NCBI GenBank assembly: GCA_964607835.1
Contig: CAZSLL010000003.1
Coordinates: forward strand, 3,826-67,825
Direction: 5' to 3'
Source of the DNA: an uncultured archaeon
GTDB taxonomy: Archaea > Aenigmatarchaeota > Aenigmatarchaeia > QMZP01
Length of the DNA stretch: 64,000 bases
This document shows, one piece after another, positions 9,655 through 18,856 of this stretch; the first letter of the stretch is position 1, and every line of letters begins with the position of its first letter. Position numbers and translations under genes: made by a program. The notes beneath the pieces were generated by a model. That model did no database searches. It saw only the letters and a program-made list of their open reading frames with translations, and was not told the origin of the DNA.

Positions 9655-10756
9655 CCAGGAGAGGCTGACCAGGACCCTACAGGAGCTGGTGAGGATTCCC
9701 AGCCACAAGAGCATGGAGAAAATCTCTGATTACGTGGCCTCTGAGATTCGCAAGGCCGGGCTGGAGCCAGAGGCTGACGACGAGGGCAACGTCCTGGCCT
9801 CCGTTGGCTCTGGGGAGGGCTTCCTCCTCAACGCCCACCTGGACACCGTGGGGGTGGAGGGCTACCCTGACGCCTTCTCCGGTGAGGTCAGGGACGAGAA
9901 GCTCTACGGACGGGGCTCCACTGACTGCAAGGCAGGCGTGGCCGCCATGCTCGAGATTCTCAGGGTTCTCGCCAGGAGCCCGCCCAGAAAGCGTGTTGTC
10001 TTCGCCTTCACCGTGTGGGAAGAGGGCCACGGCCCTGGAAAGGATGGGGCCTATGCTCTTGCCCCAAAGATAAAGGCCTCGCACGGCCTGGTCCTGGAGG
10101 ATGCTGTAAAAGAGGACGGCTCCATGGGCGTGACCATAGGGTGCAAGGGCCGCTCTGGTTTCTCTGTTGAGGTGAAGGGTAAGGCAGGTCACTCCAGCCA
10201 GCCCAGGGATGCCGACAACCCGATTTACTCCGCAGCCAGGCTCTGCCAGGAAATAGAGTCCATCGAGCCCCAAAGCGTGGAGGTCCAGGGCTACGGGGAG
10301 CTGGAGTCAGCCATTAGCGTCACCGAGATTCATGCCCAGGAGGGAGGTAACGTCATACCCTCCACCTGCTCCCTCACAGTGGACAACAGGACCCTTCCGG
10401 GCAAGATCCCTGAGCAGGCCAGGAAGGAAATGGAGAGGCTCTGCTCCAAGGCCCTCGGTAAAAGATTCTCACTAAAAGCAAAGGGAAAGGAGGGCTTCCT
10501 CCAGCACGACCCTGCTTTCATTAGGCTCTGCCGCTCAGCCGTCAAGGAGGCATGCCTGAAGCCCTTCACCCACTTCTCCCCTGGCTGGAATGACGCTGCT
10601 GTGTTCAACAGCCACGGCATAAAGACCCTCAAGATGGGCCCGGGCACCATAGGCCAGGACCACCGGAATCCCGAGTACTGCTGGTTGCCTGGTTTCGTTA
10701 AGGGCACGCAGGCAATATTAAATGTCATAAAGGCATGGGACAGGGGAAAGCTTTAA
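9647..10756 (+). CDS. M20 family metallopeptidase (ArgE/DapE/LysK-like deacylase)
   Basis: LNAHLDTVGV and GRGSTDCKAGVAAMLEIL metal-binding motifs of the M20 family; 369 aa. Confidence 0.65.
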   Translation: MIDQERLTRTLQELVRIPSHKSMEKISDYVASEIRKAGLEPEADDEGNVLASVGSGEGFLLNAHLDTVGVEGYPDAFSGEVRDEKLYGRGSTDCKAGVAAMLEILRVLARSPPRKRVVFAFTVWEEGHGPGKDGAYALAPKIKASHGLVLEDAVKEDGSMGVTIGCKGRSGFSVEVKGKAGHSSQPRDADNPIYSAARLCQEIESIEPQSVEVQGYGELESAISVTEIHAQEGGNVIPSTCSLTVDNRTLPGKIPEQARKEMERLCSKALGKRFSLKAKGKEGFLQHDPAFIRLCRSAVKEACLKPFTHFSPGWNDAAVFNSHGIKTLKMGPGTIGQDHRNPEYCWLPGFVKGTQAILNVIKAWDRGKL

Positions 10757-10803
10757 ATTATATTCAATTATATGTGTCATATAATTACATATAAGGTGAT
10801 TTT

Positions 10804-10992
10804 ATGGGAAACCTTACCACAATCCAGGTAGAGAAAGGCACAAGGGAAGAGCTCAAGGAATGCGGCCTTAAGGATGAGACCTATAATGAAATCATAACAA
10901 GGCTGATAAACATAGCAAGAAAGCACGAGTTCTTCAGCAGACAGAGAAGCATTCTAGAGAGCGAGAGGTTTGTTGCTCTTGAAAGCGTATAA
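10804..10992 (+). CDS. putative antitoxin of RelE/ParE pair
   Basis: 62-aa ORF immediately upstream of, and slightly overlapping, a RelE-like toxin gene. Confidence 0.4.
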   Translation: MGNLTTIQVEKGTREELKECGLKDETYNEIITRLINIARKHEFFSRQRSILESERFVALESV

Positions 10993-10996
10993 GGTG

Positions 10997-11260
10997 ATGT
11001 TGTCAGAGACAGCGCTCTCCCATCTGCGCTTTCTTGATCATGATACCAGGGAAAGGGTTAAGCAGCATCTCAGAGAACTTGGCCGCGATCCCTTCTCGAG
11101 GAGGCCAAAAGCAGACATCAAAATCCTCCATGGCTCCAGGAACCCTGCACTATACAGGCTAAGAATTGGAAGCTACAGAGCGATTTTTGCTGTTAAAGGC
11201 GAGCAGGTAATGGTTACAGAGATTGTGCACAGGAGCAGGGGTTATAAATGGCTGGAATAG
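10997..11260 (+). CDS. RelE/ParE family toxin
   Basis: C-terminal YRLRIGSYRAIFAVKGEQVMVTEIVHRS matches the RelE/ParE core (YRlRiGdYRaiy...); alternative start 10970. Confidence 0.55.
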   Translation: MLSETALSHLRFLDHDTRERVKQHLRELGRDPFSRRPKADIKILHGSRNPALYRLRIGSYRAIFAVKGEQVMVTEIVHRSRGYKWLE

Positions 11261-11273
11261 AGGTGAATTGTAT

Positions 11274-12686
11274 ATGAAAGTCACAATTGGACTGGAGACC
11301 CACGTCCAGCTCAATACACAGAGCAAGGCGTTCTGCGGGTGCAGGAATCCGGTCAACCTCGAGGAGGAGCCTGAGCCCAATACACTGCTGTGCGAGACCT
11401 GCCTGGGTCTCCCGGGCTCAAAGCCCAGGGCCAACCGGGCCATGCTCGAGAAGGCCCTGAGGGTCTCGCTTGCACTGGAGTGTACCATAGCCAGGAAGAC
11501 ATACTTCTCCAGGAAAACCTACTTCTACCCTGACATGAGCAAGAACTTCCAGATAACCCAGTACGAGGTCCCCCTTGCGGCCACGGGCAGGCTCAGGGTG
11601 GGGGACCGGGACATCAGGATAAAGAGGGTGCACATGGAGGAGGACCCCTCAAAGATTGTTCACGTGGGCGGCCTTGGCGGCAGCCACACCCTGCTGGACT
11701 ACAACCGCGCAGGGGTCCCTCTAATCGAAATCGTCACAGAGCCTGACTTCACCAGCCCTGAGGAGGCCAGGCTCTTCCTCCAGAAACTCGAGAACATCCT
11801 GGAGTACCTCGGTGTTTATGACTCCTCCTCACGGGCGGTCTTCAAGTCAGACGCCAACATCTCCCTCTCCGGGGGGAAGCGGGTTGAGGTCAAGAACATC
11901 ACGGGCACCAGGGAAATCGAGCAGGCCCTCAAGTACGAGATAGTGCGCCAGCATAACCACATAAAGCGCGGCGGGAAAATCGTTCAGTCCACCAGGACCT
12001 GGGACCCTGCCACCGGGACAAGCAGGGAGCTCAGGCTCAAGGAGACCGAGGCTGATTATGGCTACATCTTCGAGCCCGACCTCACGGTTCAGGAGATAAA
12101 GGCCTCCTACGTGTCCTCCATCAGGAAGGCCCTCCCCGAGCTCCCTGACCAGAGGATGGCCAGGTTCGTGAAGCAGTACGGTCTCCACCCCAAGACAGCA
12201 GAGGCCCTGGTCTCAGAGCTCGACCTCTCAGAGCTCTACGAGCGGGCTGCCGGGAAGACCGACCCAAAGCTCGCCGCCACATGGGTAGCGGGCTACCTCA
12301 AGAAGAGCCTCAACTACAGAGACCTCCGCTACAGGGGCTCAGGCCTTAAAGAGGAGTGGCTCTTCTCCCTGCTGAAAACCACCCAGAGAGGAGAGCTCAC
12401 CGACCGCAATGCCGAGCTTGTCCTGCGGGGCATGGTGGAAAAGAGGGAGCCCCCTGAGAAGGCCATGAAGAGGCTTGGAATCGGGAAGCGGGTGGACCCC
12501 TCAAAGGACAGTGGAGTTACCCAGGCCATAGAGAAGGTGCTCAAAGCCAACCCCGGGGCCGTGCAGGACTACAAGTCAGGCGAGGAGAAGGCCCTCCACT
12601 TCCTGGTGGGCATGGCCATGCGCGAGACCCGCGGCCAGGTGGACGCCAACGACGCCAAGAGGCTCATACTAAAGCTTCTCGAATAG
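11274..12686 (+). CDS. gatB: Glu-tRNA(Gln)/Asp-tRNA(Asn) amidotransferase subunit B
   Basis: MKVTIGLETHVQLNTQSKAFCGC N-terminus typical of GatB; size about 470 aa argues for GatB rather than GatE; listed ORF starts upstream at 11223. Confidence 0.85.
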   Translation: MKVTIGLETHVQLNTQSKAFCGCRNPVNLEEEPEPNTLLCETCLGLPGSKPRANRAMLEKALRVSLALECTIARKTYFSRKTYFYPDMSKNFQITQYEVPLAATGRLRVGDRDIRIKRVHMEEDPSKIVHVGGLGGSHTLLDYNRAGVPLIEIVTEPDFTSPEEARLFLQKLENILEYLGVYDSSSRAVFKSDANISLSGGKRVEVKNITGTREIEQALKYEIVRQHNHIKRGGKIVQSTRTWDPATGTSRELRLKETEADYGYIFEPDLTVQEIKASYVSSIRKALPELPDQRMARFVKQYGLHPKTAEALVSELDLSELYERAAGKTDPKLAATWVAGYLKKSLNYRDLRYRGSGLKEEWLFSLLKTTQRGELTDRNAELVLRGMVEKREPPEKAMKRLGIGKRVDPSKDSGVTQAIEKVLKANPGAVQDYKSGEEKALHFLVGMAMRETRGQVDANDAKRLILKLLE

Positions 12687-13091
12687 CTCCTTCCCGAGCC
12701 TTGCCGTCTCTTCTGTCTCTCCGATGGTATTCAGCCTCTTGATGAGCTCAATGTCCACCCATTCGGGAACAGTCTTGTTGCTGACCCTAAGGTCCCCTTT
12801 GAACACCCTTGCTACGAATGCCGTGAAAGAGAACCGCTTTATGCCGTCCTTCTGCCGGATGTCAGTCAACCAGAGCTTGGGTATTTTGAAAAGTTCGTGC
12901 TCCTCCACCCTCAGCCCTGTCTCCTCCAGAAGCTCCCTGGCTGCAGCCTGCTTCTCGGTTTCCCCTGCTTCCAGCTTTCCCGCGGGCAGTCCGTAGCTGC
13001 CTGTAAGGTGGCTGGCCTGGTCAAGGTGCCTGACCAGCAATACCTGGCTTCCCTTCAGAACGACTATACCAGCTGTAGGTATTGCTTCCAT
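12669..13091 (-). CDS. NUDIX hydrolase
   Basis: Nudix box GKLEAGETEKQAAARELLEETGL; start at internal Met 13091 because the upstream part of listed ORF overlaps a tRNA gene. Confidence 0.6.
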   Translation of the reverse strand: MEAIPTAGIVVLKGSQVLLVRHLDQASHLTGSYGLPAGKLEAGETEKQAAARELLEETGLRVEEHELFKIPKLWLTDIRQKDGIKRFSFTAFVARVFKGDLRVSNKTVPEWVDIELIKRLNTIGETEETARLGKELFEKL

Positions 13092-13093
13092 GA

Positions 13094-13302
13094 TGAGCCC
13101 GGCAGGATTCTCGTTAGCCGGAAGTTGCCCCGAGCTCAAGCGAGCGGGCAACTCCTTTTGGCTGAAGCCTTTTCCTGAAAAAGGCTTCTTTCGAACCTGC
13201 AACCCCCCGGTTTCCCCGGCAGGTGGCCTCCGAAGCTTCACCTCTCCTCACCCCCCTCGGGAGTGCAGGGAACGGGTGCTCTATCCATTAAGCCACGGGC
13301 CC
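13094..13302 (-). tRNA. intron-containing tRNA (class II-like, anticodon unresolved)
   Basis: Minus-strand read GGGCCCG-TG-GCTT-AATGGATA-GAGC ... GCAGG-TTCGAAA [82-nt intron 13107..13188] CCTGC-CGGGCTC-A; acceptor pairs with one G-U; extra about 50 nt in anticodon region plus CCGGGGAAACCGGGG variable-arm-like hairpin. Confidence 0.5.
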
Positions 13303-13358
13303 ATCGCTCCCCTTTGGGAACGCATAACCAATATTGCGGGCTTTTAAATAAATCTTGC

Positions 13359-13745
13359 TCACTCCAGGGCCCCTATTTTAACAGAATCCCCGTCCTTCAG
13401 GCCCAGCCTCTCCCTCAGGTTCTCACCTGAAACAATCTCTATCACCCCTGGCTCGTGGGTGGCCCTGTCCGGGAACACGGCAGCGCCCGGAACCCCGTTC
13501 ACAGCGCAACTGATGAGGGAGAGCCCCCCATAGGTCCTATCCCCGTCCAAAAAGCCCTCTATCCTCTCCATGGCTCTCTTTCTCAGGAAACCGGTCTCCT
13601 CTGGTGAGGCCTTCACGTTGAGGGTGCCCGGAAAGGGCTGTTCCCCAAGAACCTTCCCGAATGCCCTCCTGTAATGCGCCATCTCCACGAAAAGCTTTCC
13701 CCTGCCCATGCCTGATTCCACTTTCCCCTCAACCTTCAATGCCAT
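13359..13745 (-). CDS. ribK: CTP-dependent riboflavin kinase (archaeal RibK, DUF120)
   Basis: GKVESGMGRGKLFVEMAHY ... PFPGTLNV pattern of archaeal riboflavin kinase. Confidence 0.55.
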   Translation of the reverse strand: MALKVEGKVESGMGRGKLFVEMAHYRRAFGKVLGEQPFPGTLNVKASPEETGFLRKRAMERIEGFLDGDRTYGGLSLISCAVNGVPGAAVFPDRATHEPGVIEIVSGENLRERLGLKDGDSVKIGALE

Positions 13746-13796
13746 GCTTTATGTTGGCTGCCAAGCCTTTTATCCGGGCTAGGCCAATTATATAAC

Positions 13797-14687
13797 ATGA
13801 ACAGGGGCATGCTCTTCCTCATAATATCCGGAATCTGCCTGAGCACAATCGGCATATTCATCAAGCTCCTCGGCCCGAGCATATCCCCCTTTCTCCTGGC
13901 CTCGGTTAGAATCCTGGCCGCAGCAGGGCTCATATACCTGTTCCTGGCCTCTGAGAGGAGGACAAAGCTTCTCGAGCTGAAAGAGGGGGACCTGCACATA
14001 TTCCTCCTCGCAGGGCTGTTCGGCATAGTCTTCGGCTTCGGGTTCTACGTCAAGTCGCTCACCATGATTCCCGTGGCCAATGCGGTCTTCCTCATGTACA
14101 TATACCCGGTTGTCACGGCCATCCTGGCCAGGCTCTTCCTTGACGAGCGGATAGGCAGGTACACCATCCTGGCCCTTCTGCTCTCCCTCTCAGGAATCTA
14201 CCTCATCTACGGATACGGCGTCAACATAGTGGCACTCTCAGAGGGGAGCATGTACGCCCTCATAGCGGGCCTGGGATACTCTGTGTTCATAGTGTCCATG
14301 AGGCACATGGAGAAGAAGGGTCACTCCTACTGGGATGTTGTTTTCTGGCCCCTGGTGCTGGGCGGCCTAATGCTCCTGCCCCTCAACCTCACCTCCGGCA
14401 TAATCCTGCTGCCGTCAGCAAACATGGTCCTCCTCCTGGCAGGTGTGGTGTTCATATCCACCTTCCTGGGATACCTGTTCTACGCCCGGGGCCTCAAGAC
14501 CATCCAGGCCAAGCACGCCACCATAATAGAGAACCTGGCCGAGCCCTCTGCCGCCATATTCCTGGCCTGGCTCATACTGGGAGAACTCGTCCCTGAGTAC
14601 GTGTTCCTGGGGGGCTTCCTCATAATCCTCGCCAACCTCGTGGTCAGGCTCGACATGGGGGAAGACGAACACAGGAAAAAGATATAA
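13797..14687 (+). CDS. EamA/DMT superfamily transporter
   Basis: 296 aa, about 10 TM helices arranged as two EamA-like halves. Confidence 0.65.
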   Translation: MNRGMLFLIISGICLSTIGIFIKLLGPSISPFLLASVRILAAAGLIYLFLASERRTKLLELKEGDLHIFLLAGLFGIVFGFGFYVKSLTMIPVANAVFLMYIYPVVTAILARLFLDERIGRYTILALLLSLSGIYLIYGYGVNIVALSEGSMYALIAGLGYSVFIVSMRHMEKKGHSYWDVVFWPLVLGGLMLLPLNLTSGIILLPSANMVLLLAGVVFISTFLGYLFYARGLKTIQAKHATIIENLAEPSAAIFLAWLILGELVPEYVFLGGFLIILANLVVRLDMGEDEHRKKI

Positions 14688-14720
14688 TAGTTAGGACCCC
14701 ACTATTATCTGTGACTGCAC

Positions 14721-16763
14721 ATGCTTCTGGGAAAGATATCAGGCAGGATTACCACCAAGAGCGTATCCTTTGACGCCGACGCCAGGGTCAGGAAGCTGGA
14801 CTATGTCTCCATCAAGGACCCTGAGGGAAGGTGGATACTGGCCAACATTGACAGCGTGACCAGGTACGAGACCAAGACCAAGGTCACGGCCAGGATTGTC
14901 GGATACAGGGACTCCAGGGGCTTCCTCAAGACCCCCAAGATTCCCTTCGCCCCCAGCACGCCTGTCTTCTCAGCCCCCAAGGACTTCATACGCCAGACCC
15001 TGGGCCTGAACAGGTCAGGCGCCTACATGGGACTCCTGGAGGGCTATGACATCAGGGTCATGCTGAACACAGAGCACATGATAAGGAAGCACATATCCAT
15101 TCTGGCCAAGACCGGCGCAGGCAAATCCTACGCAGGAGGGGTCCTGCTCGAGGAGCTCGCCGAGGCAAAGATGCCTGTGGTGGTGATAGACCCCCACGGG
15201 GAGTACAAGACCCTGAGGCTCAACAACAAGAACAAGAAGGAGACCAAATACCTGGAGAGGTTTGGGGTGGAGGCCAGGAACTACAGGGACCAGGTCACGG
15301 TTTACGGGGTTTCCACGGCCAAGAGCCTTCGCCTGAACTCCAAGCTGTCGGCAGAGGAGATTTTCTCCATGCTCCCCGCCGCCCTTTCCTCCACGCAGAA
15401 GGGCCTGCTCTTCTCCTCATTGAGGAACCTTGAGGGCAAGGACTACACCATCAGGGACATAATAGATGAGGTGGCCAACGCCAACTCCCAGGCCAAATGG
15501 AACCTTGTTTCCATGCTCGAGTTCCTGGAAGGCACCAGGCTCTTCTCAGCAAACCCCACCCTTCCCAACGACCTGGTGAAGCCCGGGCAGATAACTGTGC
15601 TCGACCTCAAGGAGGAGAGACCTGAAATCCAGCAGATAGTGGCGCTCAAGATTATAGAGGACCTGTTCAGGGCAAGGAAGCATGGCAAGATTCCCTCCTT
15701 CCTTCTCATGCTCGAGGAGGCCCACAACTTCTGCCCTGAGAGGGGATTCGGCGAGGTGGCCTCCTCCAGGATAATCCGGACAGTGGCCTCAGAGGGCAGG
15801 AAGTTCGGCTTCGGCCTTTGCATGGTCACCCAGAGGCCCGCCAGGGTGGACAAGTCCGTGCTCAGCCAGTGCAACACCCAGATTATACTCAAGGTAACCA
15901 ATCCCAACGACCTCAAGGCCATTACCGATTCCGTGGAGGGGGTGACCCCGGGGCTGAGGGAGGAGATAAGGGACCTGCCAGTGGGGGTGGCCCTTGTGGT
16001 GGGGGCCACAGAGCAGCCCCTGGTGATTGACATCCGTGTCAGGCGCACCCAGCACGGGGGTGAGTCCATAGAGATAGGGGAAATCAAGGAACTCCAGGAG
16101 AAGCCCCTGGCCTTCCAGCCTCTCATCGGAAAGGGAGAGGTGAGCAAGGAGTTCAAGTCCATCAAGGACGTAAACCTGCTTCACTACCCCATGTGGAGGG
16201 TTTCCGCCCTGTTCGGCAGCACACCTGTCACCTTCTACGTGGACGGCATATCTGGCGAGCTGGTGTTCAAGAAGGATGACTCCATAGAGCGCTCCAGCGG
16301 ACTCAGGGAGCTCATGGACCTGGCACCTTCAAGCAGGATAATCATATTCTACCTCACCAAGAACAAGCTCGCAACCGCGGAGAGGATTGCCGAGGACCTC
16401 AAGATGCCCCTTAGCACAGTCCAGGGCAACGTGAGGGAACTTCTGGCCAGGGACTACCTCACCACTGACGGCTACATGTTCAGCAACAAGCTCAGGTTTG
16501 AGAACATCCCCCCCAACCCCTCAAAGGTCCAGCTCTCTGAGAAGCCCGAGAAGAGGGAACTGGAGGGAAGGAAGCTGGAGTTCATGGTCACCCAGGACTT
16601 CGTGCGCAAGGTTTCGGAGCTCTGGTCCATGCCCATACGCTCCATAGAACCCTCCTATTACCCGTACTGGCTGGTCAGACACAAGGACAGCAACGTGCTC
16701 ATAGACGGCCTGAACAGGAGCCTTGACCACGAGACCACCAGGCTAATCGCAAAGTTCATCTGA
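14721..16763 (+). CDS. DUF87/HerA-like P-loop ATPase with C-terminal winged-helix domain
   Basis: Walker A ILAKTGAGKSY, VVVIDPHGEY, Walker B LLMLEEAHNF, QRPARVDKSVLSQCNTQIILKV; C-terminal IIFYLTKNKLATAERIAEDL wHTH-like segment. Confidence 0.6.
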   Translation: MLLGKISGRITTKSVSFDADARVRKLDYVSIKDPEGRWILANIDSVTRYETKTKVTARIVGYRDSRGFLKTPKIPFAPSTPVFSAPKDFIRQTLGLNRSGAYMGLLEGYDIRVMLNTEHMIRKHISILAKTGAGKSYAGGVLLEELAEAKMPVVVIDPHGEYKTLRLNNKNKKETKYLERFGVEARNYRDQVTVYGVSTAKSLRLNSKLSAEEIFSMLPAALSSTQKGLLFSSLRNLEGKDYTIRDIIDEVANANSQAKWNLVSMLEFLEGTRLFSANPTLPNDLVKPGQITVLDLKEERPEIQQIVALKIIEDLFRARKHGKIPSFLLMLEEAHNFCPERGFGEVASSRIIRTVASEGRKFGFGLCMVTQRPARVDKSVLSQCNTQIILKVTNPNDLKAITDSVEGVTPGLREEIRDLPVGVALVVGATEQPLVIDIRVRRTQHGGESIEIGEIKELQEKPLAFQPLIGKGEVSKEFKSIKDVNLLHYPMWRVSALFGSTPVTFYVDGISGELVFKKDDSIERSSGLRELMDLAPSSRIIIFYLTKNKLATAERIAEDLKMPLSTVQGNVRELLARDYLTTDGYMFSNKLRFENIPPNPSKVQLSEKPEKRELEGRKLEFMVTQDFVRKVSELWSMPIRSIEPSYYPYWLVRHKDSNVLIDGLNRSLDHETTRLIAKFI

Positions 16764-17145
16764 ATGGCTCTATTCCCCTCAGCCTCTTGTATTCTCCTAC
16801 AATTTGCTCTGCTAGCTCTTTGCTCGTTCCGGCGTATTCCAGAAACCCCCTGAGAAAAGCCAGGGCATTCCCCTCACCTGACTTATGCTCAATCTTCTGG
16901 GTCATCAGAAAGGCGTCCCTCATGGCTTCCTCCCTCTCCATTATGTCAGGCACGCACGACTCGCATGTGCTGTAAAGCCCCCTGCTGAATTCATCATAGA
17001 GGCCGGATATCCCGTGAGAGAGATAGTGCTCGCTTAGCTGCTCTCCGATTGGGCATTCGCTGCAGTTTCCCTGATATCCTGGGTCTTTCATACCCGGACC
17101 TGGGTCAAAATATATAAAAGCACAACATTCAATTCTTATAACCAA
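16756..17145 (-). CDS. hypothetical Cys-rich protein
   Basis: 129-aa ORF with CSECP and CESCVP pairs; no family assignment. Confidence 0.3.
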   Translation of the reverse strand: MVIRIECCAFIYFDPGPGMKDPGYQGNCSECPIGEQLSEHYLSHGISGLYDEFSRGLYSTCESCVPDIMEREEAMRDAFLMTQKIEHKSGEGNALAFLRGFLEYAGTSKELAEQIVGEYKRLRGIEPFR

Positions 17146-17146
17146 T

Positions 17147-17605
17147 GCCGGTGTGGCTTAGTGGTTAAAGCGCCAGACTCATAACCAGCCTTTTTCAGGA
17201 AAAGGCTGGAGCCAAAAGGAGTTACCCACTCGCTGATGCTCGGGGTAACTTCCATGGCCCGAATCCAAGCAAACATGATGGTTATGAGTGTTGAGGATGC
17301 CTTCAGTCAGGCGGATTCGCCGTCTGCATGCACGCCAGTGCGAGCATCCGATGATAGCTGGGAAATCTGGAGATCGAGGGTTCAAATAACCCTTTTGTCC
17401 AGGATAAACGGACAAAAGCGTTTGCGGAAAGAACGCTTCCGCAACAGGTTGAGCAAAACACGTAAAGGTGTTGGAAACGTCAATCGTTTCCTGTTGCTCC
17501 CCCGCTTGCGACATGCGAGCGCTGGCCCTTCACGGCCCGAGAATCTTTGTGAAGGCCGTGCAGGCGAAGCGTCTGTAAGCGGGGTTGGGAATCCCTCCAC
17601 CGGCA
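17147..17605 (+). tRNA. tRNA-Met: tRNA-Met (CAT) with two large introns
   Basis: Exon1 17147..17184 GCCGGTG-TG-GCTT-AGTGGTTA-AAGC-G-CCAGA-CTCATAA; exon2 17366..17387 TCTGG-AGATC-GAGGG-TTCAAAT; exon3 17593..17605 CCCTC-CACCGGC-A; exons total 73 nt; introns of 181 nt (after pos 37/38) and 205 nt (in T-loop). Confidence 0.75.
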
Positions 17606-17736
17606 TTCCTAATTCTGTCCTGAATCAAAATGAAGAATAAAATCACAACGAGACTTCGGTTCTTGTGGTTACCATCATTGCCCCAGTTGGAAACTGTTTC
17701 GTGTTGCTGTGTTTTCAGGGAGGTATCAGCCTGTGC

Positions 17737-17964
17737 TTATATCTCCTTTATCTTTGAAGAGACGAAGTCCTTTATCTCCTGCTCGTCAGGGATGGCAAGG
17801 CTCTTCTTGAACCTCTTGGTCCCGTCAGGAAGGAAGAAACCCCTTGAAATCGCAATGAACTCGTTCTCGCCGTCCTCAACGACAGCCTTCTTCCTTGCGA
17901 CCTCGAGGAAGTTGTTCTTGCCGAACTTTACCTCTTCTGACTTCACGGTCTGGAATTCAACCAT
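17737..17964 (-). CDS. small nucleic-acid-binding protein (PC4/YdbC-like?)
   Basis: 75 aa, EVARKKAVVEDGENEFIAISRGFFLPDGTKRFKKSLAIP resembles PC4-like ssDNA-binding fold proteins; weak. Confidence 0.3.
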   Translation of the reverse strand: MVEFQTVKSEEVKFGKNNFLEVARKKAVVEDGENEFIAISRGFFLPDGTKRFKKSLAIPDEQEIKDFVSSKIKEI

Positions 17965-18016
17965 TGTATTACCTCCTGTGTTGGGTATGAAATGAGTATC
18001 CGGATTTGGCTTAAAT

Positions 18017-18044
18017 AGTTAACGGTTAAACCAGTTAACTGTTA
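18017..18044. promoter_or_regulatory. GTTAAC-rich palindromic repeat upstream of nucleotidyltransferase gene
   Basis: AGTTAACGGTTAAACCAGTTAACTGTTA, 65-90 nt upstream of ATG 18110; related copies at 30591..30622 and 42846..42861. Confidence 0.3.
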
Positions 18045-18109
18045 TACTATACTGATTGCCCGGATTTCCGGCGCACCCTTTTTAAATCATTCCCGCGAAA
18101 GACACACTC

Positions 18110-18856
18110 ATGAAAGCGATTGTGCTGGCGGGCGGCTACGCCAAGAGGATGTGGCCCCTCACAAAGGACAGGCCCAAGCCCCTGCTCCCGGTTGGCGGGA
18201 GGCCCATGATAGACCATGTCATGGACAGGCTCCTCAACATAGGAAGCATTGACACTGTCTACATTACAACCAACCGCAAGTTCGAAGGGGTCTTCAGCGA
18301 GTGGCTCTCGGGCAAGGAGTTCCCAATCCCCGTCAGGCTCGTGGTCGAGGACACCGCAGCGGAGGAGGAGAAGCTGGGCTCCATAGGGGCCATGAGGCAC
18401 ATCATCCAGAAGGAGGGCATAGATGATGATGTCCTCTGCATGGGAGGGGACAACCTGCTGGAGGACCACCTCAGGGACTTCGTGAGATTCTTCAGGGAGC
18501 AGGGCACCACTGTGTTCGGGCTCTGGGAGATGGACTCAGGTGACCTGTGCAAGTTCGGAATAGCCTGCCTGGACGACCAGGGGAGGGTGGTGCATTTCGA
18601 GGAGAAGCCCCCGCAGCCCAAGTCCAGATTCGTGTCCACTGCGGTTTACGCCATACCCAGGGGCGAGCTTGGGCTCATCAGCGAGTACCTCTCCGGCAAG
18701 AACAACCCCGACGCATTCGGGCACTTCATATCCTGGCTCTACTCCAGGACCCCTGTCTACGGATTCGTTTTCAGGAACAAGTGGTTTGACATAGGCTCCA
18801 TTGAGGCCTATGAGTCAGCGAACAGGCACATGCTGGACAGGCAAATCAATTCCTGA
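18110..18856 (+). CDS. sugar-phosphate nucleotidyltransferase (glucose-1-phosphate thymidylyl/uridylyltransferase-like)
   Basis: MKAIVLAGGYAKRMWPLTKDRPKPLLPVGGRPMIDHV N-terminal NTP-transferase signature. Confidence 0.7.
   Translation: MKAIVLAGGYAKRMWPLTKDRPKPLLPVGGRPMIDHVMDRLLNIGSIDTVYITTNRKFEGVFSEWLSGKEFPIPVRLVVEDTAAEEEKLGSIGAMRHIIQKEGIDDDVLCMGGDNLLEDHLRDFVRFFREQGTTVFGLWEMDSGDLCKFGIACLDDQGRVVHFEEKPPQPKSRFVSTAVYAIPRGELGLISEYLSGKNNPDAFGHFISWLYSRTPVYGFVFRNKWFDIGSIEAYESANRHMLDRQINS

Noticed and set aside
11223-11273. Upstream extension of gatB listed ORF (MCTGAGVINGWNRGELY)
   Set aside because: GatB homologues begin at MKVTIGLE; the extension overlaps the RelE gene end
17179-17640. ORFs 17179..17514 (-) and 17236..17640 (+)
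   Set aside because: Both fall entirely within the two introns of the tRNA-Met gene
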